Under the pieces are notes generated by a model that worked only from the letters and a program-made list of their open reading frames with translations, ran no database searches and was not told where the DNA came from. Both the position numbers and the translations under genes were made by a program. This document shows, piece after piece, positions 20,293 to 31,400 of a DNA stretch of 32,000 bases (position 1 is its first letter; every line of letters starts with the position of its first letter). Origin of the DNA: Moraxella nasovis (GTDB lineage: Bacteria; Pseudomonadota; Gammaproteobacteria; Pseudomonadales; Moraxellaceae); contig NZ_CP089976.1 of NCBI RefSeq assembly GCF_022701215.1, positions 1,410,001 to 1,442,000 of the forward strand, given 5' to 3'.

Positions 20293-20580
20293 ATGAAAAT
20301 TCGTCCCCTACACGATCGTATCGTCGTTCGCCGCACTGAAGAAGAGCAAAAGACCGCAGGTGGTATTTTATTACCAGGTTCTGCCCAAGAAAAACCACAA
20401 CAAGGTAAAGTGCTTGCAGTCGGTGGTGGTCAAGTTACCGATAATGGCGTGCGTGAATTAGATGTTAAAGTTGGCGATATCGTATTATTTGGTCAATATG
20501 CAGGTCAGACGATCAAGGTTGATGGCGAAGAGCTGCTTATCATGAAAGAAAGCGATGTGTTTGGCGTTTTAGAAGCTTAA
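20293..20580 (+). CDS. groES: Co-chaperonin GroES
   Basis: [14 protein letters not shown]...[10 protein letters not shown]... is canonical. Confidence 0.97.
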   Translation: MKIRPLHDRIVVRRTEEEQKTAGGILLPGSAQEKPQQGKVLAVGGGQVTDNGVRELDVKVGDIVLFGQYAGQTIKVDGEELLIMKESDVFGVLEA

Positions 20581-20678
20581 ATTTTAAAAGCTATTAAATT
20601 TTAAAAGTTAATTATCGCCAATATTGTTTGGTTTTAAAATTGCAAAAGTCCGCCTAGAGTTGGTGGCAACTTTACTAA

Positions 20679-22337
<1,659 letters not shown>

Positions 22338-22416
22338 TTTGTCAGCCTGACGCACACAATCCCTCAAGTGAAAGCTTGGGGGATTGTGGCTTTGATATGC
22401 TAAGTATGAAAATAAC

Positions 22417-22445
22417 TTGATTTTTTGTTAAATTTTATATAAAAT
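22417..22445 (+). promoter_or_regulatory. Candidate sigma70 promoter for stand-alone rplS
   Basis: TTGATT (22417-22422), 17-nt spacer, TAAAAT (22440-22445). It predicts a leader of about 140 nt. Confidence 0.45.
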
Positions 22446-22592
22446 ACGCAAGTTTTTATTTGCCTGTGTGGTTCAGGTTAGCAGTTTTGTCAAAAGATAA
22501 ACTGCCCAAAATAACAATGACAAGCGTCCTTTAAACCACATAACAAAGGTTGCCTTTGCATAATAGCCTATGTCATTTATCGGAGAAAATCC

Positions 22593-22961
22593 ATGAGCAA
22601 CAAACACCCTTTAGTTCAAGCTGTTGAAACTTCACAACTAAAAGACCACCCTGCATTCGCACCAGGTGATACTGTTGTTGTGCAAGTGAAAGTTCGTGAA
22701 GGCGACCGTGAGCGTCTGCAAGCATTTGAAGGCGTGGTTATCGCTAAGCGTAACCGTGGTCTAAACTCTGCTTTTACTGTGCGTAAAATTTCAAGCGGCG
22801 TTGGCGTTGAGCGTGCATTCCAGCTACACTCACCACTAATTGACAGCATTTCTGTTAAGCGTCGTGGTGATGTACGTCGTGCCAAACTTTACTACTTGCG
22901 TGACCGTTCTGGTAAATCAGCACGTATTAAAGAAAAATTGGGTGCAAAAAAAGACGCATAA
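22593..22961 (+). CDS. rplS: 50S ribosomal protein L19
   Basis: [46 protein letters not shown]... is canonical L19. Confidence 0.95.
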   Translation: MSNKHPLVQAVETSQLKDHPAFAPGDTVVVQVKVREGDRERLQAFEGVVIAKRNRGLNSAFTVRKISSGVGVERAFQLHSPLIDSISVKRRGDVRRAKLYYLRDRSGKSARIKEKLGAKKDA

Positions 22962-22986
22962 GTTGCGACTTTCCCAAATAGTCAAT

Positions 22987-23026
22987 AAAACCCCGCCGAC
23001 AGCTTGCCTATCGGTGGGGTTTTATT
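22987..23026 (+). terminator. Rho-independent terminator after rplS
   Basis: AAAACCCCGCCGA...TCGGTGGGGTTTT hairpin (one G-U pair) followed by a T-rich tail. Confidence 0.7.
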
Positions 23027-23063
23027 TAAATAAACAGATGTTTTAAGTGACTACAAATATACG

Positions 23064-24908
23064 ATGATAGATATTAACGACATGCACTCAAGCCATAAAA
23101 AAGAGCACCTTGCTCACATCTTAAAATCACTGCCAAATTTACCGGGTGTGTATAAAATGCTTGGCAAGCATGGCGAGATTTTATATGTCGGTAAGGCAAA
23201 ATCGCTTAAAAGCAGAGTGTCTAGTTATTTTATAAAAACCATTGATCACCCAAAGACTAAGGCGTTGGTACAGCGGATTTATGACATTGAGATTATCGTC
23301 GTGCGTGGTGAGACAGAGGCACTTTTACTTGAGCAAAATCTCATTAAGGCGAACAGACCGCCTTATAATATCATTTTAAGAGATGATAAATCTTATCTGT
23401 ATGTGTATGTTTCTACTGATAAATTCCCAAAAATTAGTGTCGGTCGAGGTAAGGGGAATCATGCCGAAGGGCGGTTTTTTGGCCCTTATCCTTCAGCTTA
23501 TGGTGCTAAGCAGTCAATTGAATTGATTAAGCAACTGTTTATGATACGAGACTGCTCAAATGGTAATTTTGCCAGTCGTAAAAGACCGTGCCTAGAATAC
23601 CAAATCAAACGCTGTAAAGCACCTTGCGTGGGATTTGTGACAAAAGAAGAATACCAAGGCGATGTACAAAATGCCATTGACTTTTTAAATGGCAAGACAG
23701 GGCAAGTGCAAAATTCTTTGGCTAAGAAGATGGAAGAAAGCAGTGAGGCGATGGACTTTGAGCGAGCAATTTTTTATCGTGATAAGATAGCCATGCTAAC
23801 TGAGATGCAGGCACGCCAAGCTGTGTATCGCCTAAGCGGTGAGGCGGATGTTTTTGCCATAAATATAGAGGCAGGCGTGGTATGTGTGCATGTGTTGACG
23901 GTGCGTGGCGGGCAAGTTTTGGGCGGTAAGAATTATTTTATCGATGAGATTATGATCGAGGATAAAACAAATGCCGAACGCTTAGCAGAGTTTTTGGCGT
24001 CGTTTTATTTTCAAGTGAGCGATGATGTGCCAAGCGAGATTATCGTCAGTGAGAAGTTGCCAAATAAGACAGCGATTATCGCCTTGCTAGATGAGCATTT
24101 TGGCAAAAAAGTCGCCATTAAGGATGTTGTACAGACCCACAGAGCGGAATGGTTATCGCTTGCTAGGCTAAACAGTAAAAATGCGGTACATGCTAAGCTT
24201 TATGATTTTTATGAATTACAAAGCCGATTCACCGCTTTACAGGACGTCTTAGCTAAAGTCAGCAGTCGAGCAGTAAATCGCATAGAGTGCTTTGATATTA
24301 GTCATACGATGGGGGAGATGGCAGTAGGTAGCTGTGTGGTGTTTGATGCAGGTGGATCTAGGCGACGAGATTATCGTCAGTATGCCATATCTGGCATTAC
24401 AGGTGGTGATGATTATGCAGCCATGAGACAGGTGCTAACACGCCGTTACAGCAAGCATACCTTGCCAGATTTGCTACTGATTGATGGCGGCAGGGGGCAG
24501 CTAAATATCGCCAAAGAAGTGCTTAGCGAGCTTGGCAAACTAGATGAGACCTTGCTTGTCGGAGTGGCAAAAGGCGAGGGGCGAAAGGCAGGGCTTGAGG
24601 TATTGCATTTTATAAACCACGAGCCGATTGATTTACCGCCAGACCATAAGGCGTTGCATTTGATCATGCAGGTACGAGATGAGGCTCATCGTTTTGCCAT
24701 CACGGCACACCGCAAAAAGCGGGATAGGGCAAGAAGCTCATCTGTGCTAGAAGTTATTCCCAATCTTGGTCCAAAACGTAGGCGAGATTTATTGACGCAT
24801 TTTGGTGGTATCAGTCAGTTGCTCGGTGCATCAGAAGATGAGATTGCTAATGTCAAGGGTATTGGCAGGGTCTTAGCACGCACAATTTACCAAGCATTGC
24901 ACGCTTAG
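23064..24908 (+). CDS. uvrC: Excinuclease ABC subunit C
   Basis: GIY-YIG N-terminal domain ([26 protein letters not shown]), UvrBC-interaction region, RNase H-like endonuclease domain and C-terminal HhH2. Confidence 0.95.
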   Translation: MIDINDMHSSHKKEHLAHILKSLPNLPGVYKMLGKHGEILYVGKAKSLKSRVSSYFIKTIDHPKTKALVQRIYDIEIIVVRGETEALLLEQNLIKANRPPYNIILRDDKSYLYVYVSTDKFPKISVGRGKGNHAEGRFFGPYPSAYGAKQSIELIKQLFMIRDCSNGNFASRKRPCLEYQIKRCKAPCVGFVTKEEYQGDVQNAIDFLNGKTGQVQNSLAKKMEESSEAMDFERAIFYRDKIAMLTEMQARQAVYRLSGEADVFAINIEAGVVCVHVLTVRGGQVLGGKNYFIDEIMIEDKTNAERLAEFLASFYFQVSDDVPSEIIVSEKLPNKTAIIALLDEHFGKKVAIKDVVQTHRAEWLSLARLNSKNAVHAKLYDFYELQSRFTALQDVLAKVSSRAVNRIECFDISHTMGEMAVGSCVVFDAGGSRRRDYRQYAISGITGGDDYAAMRQVLTRRYSKHTLPDLLLIDGGRGQLNIAKEVLSELGKLDETLLVGVAKGEGRKAGLEVLHFINHEPIDLPPDHKALHLIMQVRDEAHRFAITAHRKKRDRARSSSVLEVIPNLGPKRRRDLLTHFGGISQLLGASEDEIANVKGIGRVLARTIYQALHA

Positions 24909-24991
24909 TGAACTAACATCGCCACTTTGGTGATGTAGTGCTTGATTTTTTTTGATTTTCAGAGTACGCTTGTACATATTTTTAGCCAAGT

Positions 24992-25777
24992 GTGAAAATG
25001 AGTATGGCAAATTTCATCAGTAAACAATATGGTCGAGCTAAGACAATCTTCGGCATGGGTCAATCTATCGTCGGCGGATTTCGTGCCGCTTATAAGATTG
25101 GTGCATTCACACAGCCACAAAGAGAGATTCTACCAAAGTACATTCAGACCTTTTGTCGTAAAATGGCAAATTCGTTTGGTGTGAATGTCGTGCAAGTTGA
25201 ACCTGTGCCACAAAAGCATGGGCTGTGGGTATCTAATCACATCAGCTGGCTGGATATTCCTGTGGTGGGAAGTGTCGCTCCTGTGTTTTTCTTATCAAAA
25301 GCAGAGATTGCTAACTGGTTCATCTTTGGACGTCTAGCGCGAGCAGGCGGAACGCTGTTCATTAAGCGTGGATCAGGTGATGCCAATTCTGTCTCTGATC
25401 AGATTACTGAATTCTTACAGAGTGGATCTTCTGTGGTGTTTTTTCCAGAGGCGACCACAACAGATGGCAAGGCGATTAAGAAAATCCATGGTAAGCTACT
25501 GCAATCATCGCTAGATACAGGGCTGCCAGTTTGCCCGCTTGTGATCGCTTATGTGGATCGTGATGGTAAGCTGTCTGATGATGCGGCATATTATGGCAAA
25601 CGAACGATGGCAGATAGCTTGCTTAGGGTGATGGATAACGGGAAGATTACTGCTTATGTCTTACCGCTTGATCCGATTTATCCTAATGGTATGACACGAA
25701 AAGATCTGACAGAGACGCTCCAAAAAAACATGGAGCTTGGATTGCAGCGACTGCATGACATCGTACTAAAGCGGTAA
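24992..25777 (+). CDS. PlsC-family lysophospholipid/1-acyl-sn-glycerol-3-phosphate acyltransferase
   Basis: HX4D motif (NHISWLD) and FPEATTTDG motif. The start is ambiguous: GTG 24992, or ATG 24998 or 25004. Confidence 0.78.
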   Translation: MKMSMANFISKQYGRAKTIFGMGQSIVGGFRAAYKIGAFTQPQREILPKYIQTFCRKMANSFGVNVVQVEPVPQKHGLWVSNHISWLDIPVVGSVAPVFFLSKAEIANWFIFGRLARAGGTLFIKRGSGDANSVSDQITEFLQSGSSVVFFPEATTTDGKAIKKIHGKLLQSSLDTGLPVCPLVIAYVDRDGKLSDDAAYYGKRTMADSLLRVMDNGKITAYVLPLDPIYPNGMTRKDLTETLQKNMELGLQRLHDIVLKR

Positions 25778-25830
25778 AAGGGTCATTACCATTATGATTT
25801 GGTTGCTTGATTAGGATTGCCAGCCATAAA

Positions 25831-25858
25831 AAAACACGCTCAATAAAAAGCGTGTTTT
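25831..25858. terminator. Bidirectional terminator between the acyltransferase and lipoprotein genes
   Basis: AAAACACGCT-CAATAAAA-AGCGTGTTTT hairpin. Confidence 0.65.
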
Positions 25859-25874
25859 AATCAGTAATAATGGT

Positions 25875-26306
25875 TTATTTTTTTACTTGACCGTCGAGAC
25901 CACAGGCGTACTGTAAGTGTTTTTGTTTGCCAACTTTTAAGGTTAAGACGGCTTCGTGACCTTTGGCGTGCCAATCAATTTTATCGTTCGCATAACGCTC
26001 ACCTGATGCAGCAGACTTGCTTTTAAGCTTAGCGTTATATCTGTCTAAACCTAAGCTTTCAGCACTAATTTGGGTGAATGCAATATTTGCATTAGGCTTG
26101 TAGGTGGTTACCACATGTGCTTTATCGCCAAGATGGTCGCCATTTAAAAAGCACTGATAAGAACCTGTGTAATCGCCATCGTTTTTTACAGCATTTACAA
26201 CAGGCTTTACGACGACTTCTTTGGTTTTTTGGGCGACATCTTGAACCGCTTGACAACCAGTAAGAGCTACACCAGCTGCTAAGGTTGCTAACAATACTGC
26301 TCTCAT
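25875..26306 (-). CDS. MliC-like (membrane-bound lysozyme inhibitor family) lipoprotein
   Basis: Lipobox signal peptide MRAVLLATLAAGVALTG-C. The mature part shows the MliC-like pattern Y.C...(beta strands)...SASGERYAND.IDWHAKGHEAVL...C with two conserved Cys. Confidence 0.6.
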   Translation of the reverse strand: MRAVLLATLAAGVALTGCQAVQDVAQKTKEVVVKPVVNAVKNDGDYTGSYQCFLNGDHLGDKAHVVTTYKPNANIAFTQISAESLGLDRYNAKLKSKSAASGERYANDKIDWHAKGHEAVLTLKVGKQKHLQYACGLDGQVKK

Positions 26307-26321
26307 AAGTTACTCTAACTA

Positions 26322-26330
26322 GGGGGGGGG
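26322..26330 (-). repeat. Homopolymeric G9 tract (C9 on the coding strand) in the 5'UTR of the MliC-like gene
   Basis: Counted directly: a-ggggggggg-t at 26321-26331. It is the only G/C homopolymer of 8 nt or more that I found in the window. It lies 16-24 nt upstream of the ATG at 26306. Confidence 0.9.
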
Positions 26331-26347
26331 TTGTGATTTATAGTTAT

Positions 26348-26376
26348 ACTATAACTAAAAGAAACGTATAAGGCAA
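26348..26376 (-). promoter_or_regulatory. Candidate sigma70 promoter of the MliC-like gene, with a palindrome overlapping the -10 box
   Basis: Minus strand: TTGCCT (26371-26376), 17-nt spacer, TATAGT (26348-26353). The perfect palindrome TAGTTATA-N-TATAACTA (26341-26357) covers the -10 box. Confidence 0.45.
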
Positions 26377-26453
26377 ATTGATTTTTATTATAAAATTGTT
26401 AATATTTTTCAACTTAGGCTTAAATAATTACCCCAATGTTTCTTATGCAGCCA

Positions 26454-26942
26454 TTAGCGAAGTTGTAATGCGTGTTCACCTTTTGGCGTTACCTTGAAAA
26501 TTTGCACCTTAAATAGTACATCTTGTCCTGCAAGTGGATGATTAAAATCCACCTTGACGGTGTCTTCATTTACTTCGCTAATCACGCCTGTGAGCGTGTT
26601 TTTACCTTTATCAGTAAACTCCATCATCATTCCTTTGGTGGGGTTTGGTTCAGATAGGGCAAACTGGGCTTTAGCAAAACTTTGCACATTATCGGCATTC
26701 CACACCCCAAATGCTTGCTCGGGTGGTAGATGAGCGGTGCGTGTGTCACCTGCTTTTAGGTTAATTAGCACTTTCTCAAAGCCTTCTAGTAGGCTGCCAT
26801 CGCCGATGGTTAGTGTAACGGGCGTATCAAGTCCAAAGGTGGAGTCAATTACTTCGCCACTCATTAAAGAAACTTCAAAATGTAAAGCAACATGACTGCC
26901 GTCTGTGATGCGGATTTCTTCATTTGGTAGAATTGGGTTCAT
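26454..26942 (-). CDS. fkpB: FKBP-type peptidyl-prolyl cis-trans isomerase (FkpB/SlpA-type)
   Basis: VALHFEVSLMSGEVIDST...LTIGDGSLLEGFEKVLINLKAGD...PPEQAFG is an FKBP core with an IF insert. It lies downstream of lspA, as in the enteric ileS-lspA-fkpB operon. Confidence 0.82.
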   Translation of the reverse strand: MNPILPNEEIRITDGSHVALHFEVSLMSGEVIDSTFGLDTPVTLTIGDGSLLEGFEKVLINLKAGDTRTAHLPPEQAFGVWNADNVQSFAKAQFALSEPNPTKGMMMEFTDKGKNTLTGVISEVNEDTVKVDFNHPLAGQDVLFKVQIFKVTPKGEHALQLR

Positions 26943-27104
26943 GTCATTTTCCTAAGTTAAACAATTAATAGGCAATAGTTTAGCATAATTTTATGACAAG
27001 ATTGTAAGGCATTAATAAATGATGCTGTGATGAGTAAGTAGTGGGTGGTTGTTAATCTAAAGCGACTGATATATAGCCAGCCATACACCGACATCTAAGT
27101 TGTA

Positions 27105-27938
27105 TTATTGCAAGCCAAGTAGTTTTTTTGCCCATGTGATAACAGGCATATCCACCATCTGACCATCAACGGCAAAGACCACTTGCCCTGTTTTAAGGTA
27201 AGTATCGTACACCTTTTTGGCAAAATCAAGCTGTTTTGGATTGATTGCTAAGTCCTTGATGGCAGTTACTTGCCTTGGGTGAATGAGTAGCTGACCGCCA
27301 AAGCCAAACGCCCAAGCATGACGACTAAACTTTATAAAGCCCGCTTCATCATGAAAATTAGGATAGATGGTTTCTATTGGAGCGTGTAGGTTATTAGCGG
27401 CAGAATGTAAGATAAGATCGCAACGAATCTTATCCATCATAACTTGTCCAGCACAAGTGCCAAAGCTTATGTCAAGTGAATTTAGCAAATCCAGGCAGCC
27501 ATAGCTTAACGCAAAAACCCCCTGTACGCCAGCAATCTTGGATAGGTTTAGGATGCCTGTCGCAGATTCAATCATCGCAATGATGGGCTTGTCGGTCTGT
27601 TTGGCGAGCTGTGCTACCATGTCGGCGTTCTTTACCTTTGGTAAGATAACGCCAAACAGTGGTAGCTTATTTAGCAGGGTGATGTCTTTAGCAAATGACA
27701 AATCATCTGCATGGTTTGGTGCATTAATGCGTAGATAAATGCTAGAAAAACTATCCCAATCCCAGTTATCTAAGAACGCCAAAAGTTTTTTGCGAGTATC
27801 GTCTTTTATGTCATGACTGACCGCATCTTCTAGATCGATGATTATTGCATCAGCACCACTGCCTGCAGCCTTAGTCATGCGATCTAAGTGCGTGGCAGGC
27901 ACGAATAAATAACTTTGATGGGGGTTAAATTTCATCAT
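27105..27938 (-). CDS. HpcH/HpaI aldolase / citrate lyase beta subunit (CitE)-like acyl-CoA lyase family protein
   Basis: LFVPATHLDRMTKAAGSGADAIIIDLEDAV, ILPKVKNADMV, AMIESATGILN, GFGGQLLIHPRQV and DGQMVDMPV match CitE-family signatures. The start is at ATG 27936-27938 (or 27933-27935), 4 nt after the lspA stop. The ORF-track start 27965 would overlap lspA. Confidence 0.8.
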   Translation of the reverse strand: MMKFNPHQSYLFVPATHLDRMTKAAGSGADAIIIDLEDAVSHDIKDDTRKKLLAFLDNWDWDSFSSIYLRINAPNHADDLSFAKDITLLNKLPLFGVILPKVKNADMVAQLAKQTDKPIIAMIESATGILNLSKIAGVQGVFALSYGCLDLLNSLDISFGTCAGQVMMDKIRCDLILHSAANNLHAPIETIYPNFHDEAGFIKFSRHAWAFGFGGQLLIHPRQVTAIKDLAINPKQLDFAKKVYDTYLKTGQVVFAVDGQMVDMPVITWAKKLLGLQ

Positions 27939-27942
27939 GGCT

Positions 27943-28461
27943 TTACGGCTTTCGCTTGTTCTCAAAAAACAGCATATCTATTAGCACAAGCCCCATGCCG
28001 CCCATGATTGCCATGTCTGCTATATTAAATATCGGATAATGCCACACATCTGCATAATGAACATGAATAAAATCAATCACATAGCCATGTATGAATCGAT
28101 CAACCATATTGCCAATCGCGCCGCCAAGAACTAAGGCTAATCCAAGCGATAGCCATGTGGCGACTTTTGGGACTTTACGCAGATAGATGATAATAAAGAT
28201 GGAGACAATTACACTTAGTCCTGCAAAAAAATATTTCTGCCAACCGCCTTGATCAGCTAGAAAGCTAAATGCCGCTCCATAATTATAAGCCAGCGTCCAG
28301 TTTAGTATGGGGCTAATGACGCTCACTGTCTCACCAAGCTCAAAGCTGTGATTAAAAAAATACTTGGTTAGCTGATCGATGACAAAGACCACAGCAGCAA
28401 GCACATAGTAGCTTACTGCTCGGTTGCCATTTAGTGTTAGACTTGGTGTAACATTAGGCAT
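27943..28461 (-). CDS. lspA: Lipoprotein signal peptidase II
   Basis: Motifs [19 protein letters not shown] and FNIADMAI. I place the start at ATG 28459-28461 (MPNVTPSL...), which overlaps the ileS stop by 8 nt (ATGCCTAA). The longer ORF-track start lies inside ileS. Confidence 0.9.
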   Translation of the reverse strand: MPNVTPSLTLNGNRAVSYYVLAAVVFVIDQLTKYFFNHSFELGETVSVISPILNWTLAYNYGAAFSFLADQGGWQKYFFAGLSVIVSIFIIIYLRKVPKVATWLSLGLALVLGGAIGNMVDRFIHGYVIDFIHVHYADVWHYPIFNIADMAIMGGMGLVLIDMLFFENKRKP

Positions 28462-31400
28462 AATAACGCAATTCCCCATCACCAAAGGCATTCGTAGCAC
28501 AGCGGGTGCAAATGTCGCTGTGTTCGCTATCTGTCCCAACGGTGTCCGTGATGTGCCAGCAGCGTACGCACTTACTGCCGTCAGCAGGCGTGATACTGAT
28601 GGCTGCTTTACCTTGGGCTAGGCTTACGCCACTGGTGATGAATACAAATTTTGCTTCATCGCCAAGCTTAGCTAGGGCGTTAAAGGTATCGCCATCAGCA
28701 TGAATGGTGGCATGTGCGGTAAGATTGCTGGTGACAATGCCATCAGAGCGTGCGTCTTCTATTGCTTTATTGACTAGGTCTTTTACCGCCAAAATCGCTT
28801 GCCAATCGCTTTCGGTAACATCAGTTAAGGCAGGTGCTGGAATGTCATACCAGTTTTGGGTAAAAATGTACTCTTGATCAGCGTCATTATCACGAATGAA
28901 TTCCCACATTTCTTGGGCGGTAAATGGCAAAATTGGAGCAATCCAACGCACTAGGGCTTGGGCGATATGGTAAAGAGCAGTCTGTGCAGAACGGCGTGCT
29001 TTACCATCAGATCGAGTGGTGTAAGTGCGGTCTTTGATGATGTCAAGATAAAACCCGCCCAAAGACTGTGAGCAAAACATACCAATCGCCTGTACGACTT
29101 GGTGAAATTCCATCTCATCATAAGCGGCGATGATGGTATTTTGGGTGTCTTTGGCTTGTTTTAGGATAAACTTATCAAGGCTGACCAGCTCGTCAAAGGC
29201 AATGCTGTCAGTTGCAGGGTTAAAGTCGCTCGTATTTGCTAATAAGAAACGCACTGTATTACGGATACGGCGGTAGCTATCAACCGCCCCTTTAAATACT
29301 TTCTCGCCAGCACTCATCTCATAGCGATAATCAGCAGAAGCAATCCATAAGCGGAGCATATCCGCTCCTGTTTTATCGATTTCACGCTGTGGCTCGATGA
29401 TGTTACCGAGCGACTTACTCATCTTGCGACCTTTTTCGTCCACCACAAAGCCATGCGTTAAGACTTGCTTAAATGGAGCTCTGCCATGAATAGCTTCGCT
29501 TGTAAGTAGTGATGTCTGAAACCAGCCACGATGCTGATCGCTACCTTCTAGATATAGATCAGCAGGGCTTTGCAGATCGTTGTTTTGTTCTAATACAGCA
29601 AAATGCGTCGTCCCTGAGTCAAACCACACATCAAGCGTGTCGGTCACCTTATGGTAGTTGGCAGCTTCTTCACCTAAGAAATCTTCGGCAGTGGCTTCAA
29701 ACCATGCTTCAACCCCGCCTTTTTCAATCATGCACGCGGCTTTTTCGATGAGTTCGCTTGTGCGTGGGTGTAGTTCATGAGTGTCTTTATGGGTGAAAAA
29801 TGCGATTGGCACACCCCATGTACGCTGACGACTAATACACCAGTCTGGTCTGTCGCAAACCATCGCTTCAATGCGGTTTTGTCCCCAAGCGGGCGTCCAT
29901 TTAACATTTTTAATGTCGTCTAGGGCGTTTTGGCGAAGTCCTAATTTTTCCATGCTGATAAACCACTGTGGCGTGGCACGAAAGATAATTGGTGTCTTAT
30001 GTCGCCAGCAGTGCGGATAGCTGTGAGTGATTTTGGTGTGATTGAGTAGGTGTCCGCTCTGTGCCAGCGTTTCAATGATTTTTGGCTGTGCCTTATAAAT
30101 ATGCTCACCGACAAAGACTTTCGCCTCGTCCAGATACACGCCATTACCACCAACGGGATTTTCGGTCGGTAGATTGTTGGCACGCCCCACGTTATAATCG
30201 TCCACACCGTGTGCAGGGGCGGTATGCACAAGCCCTGTACCGCTGTCGGCGGTAACGTGGTCGCCTGTGATGATTGGTACTTGACGTTCGTTAATAAGTG
30301 GGTGCTGGGCTTTTAGGGTGCTTAAATCGCTCCCCTTAACAGTCGCCAAAATTTCTACATTTTGCAAACCGATATTTTTGGCAAAATCATCCACCAAGTC
30401 ATGAGCCACGATAAAACTTGCCGTTTGAGCGATTGGCATAGGATTATCAATCGTATAATGCCACTTTTTGCCATGTTCATTTTCTACGTCTTTTTGATAC
30501 ACGCCACCGATGTTTTGTACGGCTTTTTTGGAGCGTTCGTTACCTTGATGAATTTGAAAACGCACCGTGTTGCGGTGTTTAAAGGCGTAATTAAGCAGGG
30601 CTTGTTTGATTTCGCCATTTGCCCCTGTTCCCCAAAATGCAGGCGTGATAAAGGTAAAGCCAATGCCAACGGTGCTTGTGGCAGGATTGTCATCATAAAA
30701 ACGGGTCGTGCCGACAATCTCGCCTGTGGCTTTATGGATAATGGCAAAAGCTTTTTCTTTCACCGCTTTATCAAAAAACGGCTCAAACACTTCTGGCAAA
30801 TGGCGTTTTTCTGGCATTAGCTCCCAAATGGTAGGGTCTTTGGCTTTGTTAAATAACGCTTCTTTGTCGGCTTTGCTTAGGGTTTTTAATAAAAAGTTGT
30901 CGCTTTCAAGTTCGCTTGGCATGGCAAATGGGGCGACTTTTTCGCCTTTGATAACCGCATAATCAAAGTCGGCATGGGCGGTAATTGCTTGGTTGGCAGG
31001 CAGTGTCCAAGGGGTCGTTGTCCAAATCACCGCTTGCACGTTGCCATCAATATCTTTTAGGGCGGGCAAAGCATCTTTATTGACAATGTCAAAGCCCACA
31101 TAAATGGCGTCAGAGGCTTTATCTTGGTATTCTACTTCCGCTTCGGCAAGAGCAGAGCCACAGTCTAAGCACCAGTTGACAGGCTTTAGCCCACGCACGA
31201 TATGACCGTTGTCATAAATTTTGCCTAAGGCTCGCACGATGTTCGCTTCTTGGGAAAAATTCATGGTAAGATACGGATTATCCCAATCGCTAAGCACCCC
31301 CAAGCGTTTAAAATCAGCCATTTGCAGTTCAACTTGGCTTTTTGCGTAGTCACGGCATAGGCGGCGAAATTCGGTCGCATCAACTTTTTGACCGACTTTA

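Noticed and set aside
30422-30937. The extra 170 aa in IleRS might be an intein.
   Set aside because: There is no Cys/Ser/Thr at the N-junction followed by intein block A. There is no His-Asn plus Cys/Ser/Thr at the C-junction, and no LAGLIDADG or HNH endonuclease motifs. The segment instead carries GNAT motifs A and B.
30362-30962. The + strand ORFs 30362-30820 (152 aa) and 30708-30962 (84 aa), antisense to the insert, might be an independent gene, so that the ileS extension would be an artefact.
   Set aside because: Their translations are low-complexity, Phe/Lys/Cys-rich, and carry no motifs. The minus-strand frame is contiguous with IleRS on both sides and contains recognisable GNAT motifs. 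They are typical antisense shadow ORFs.
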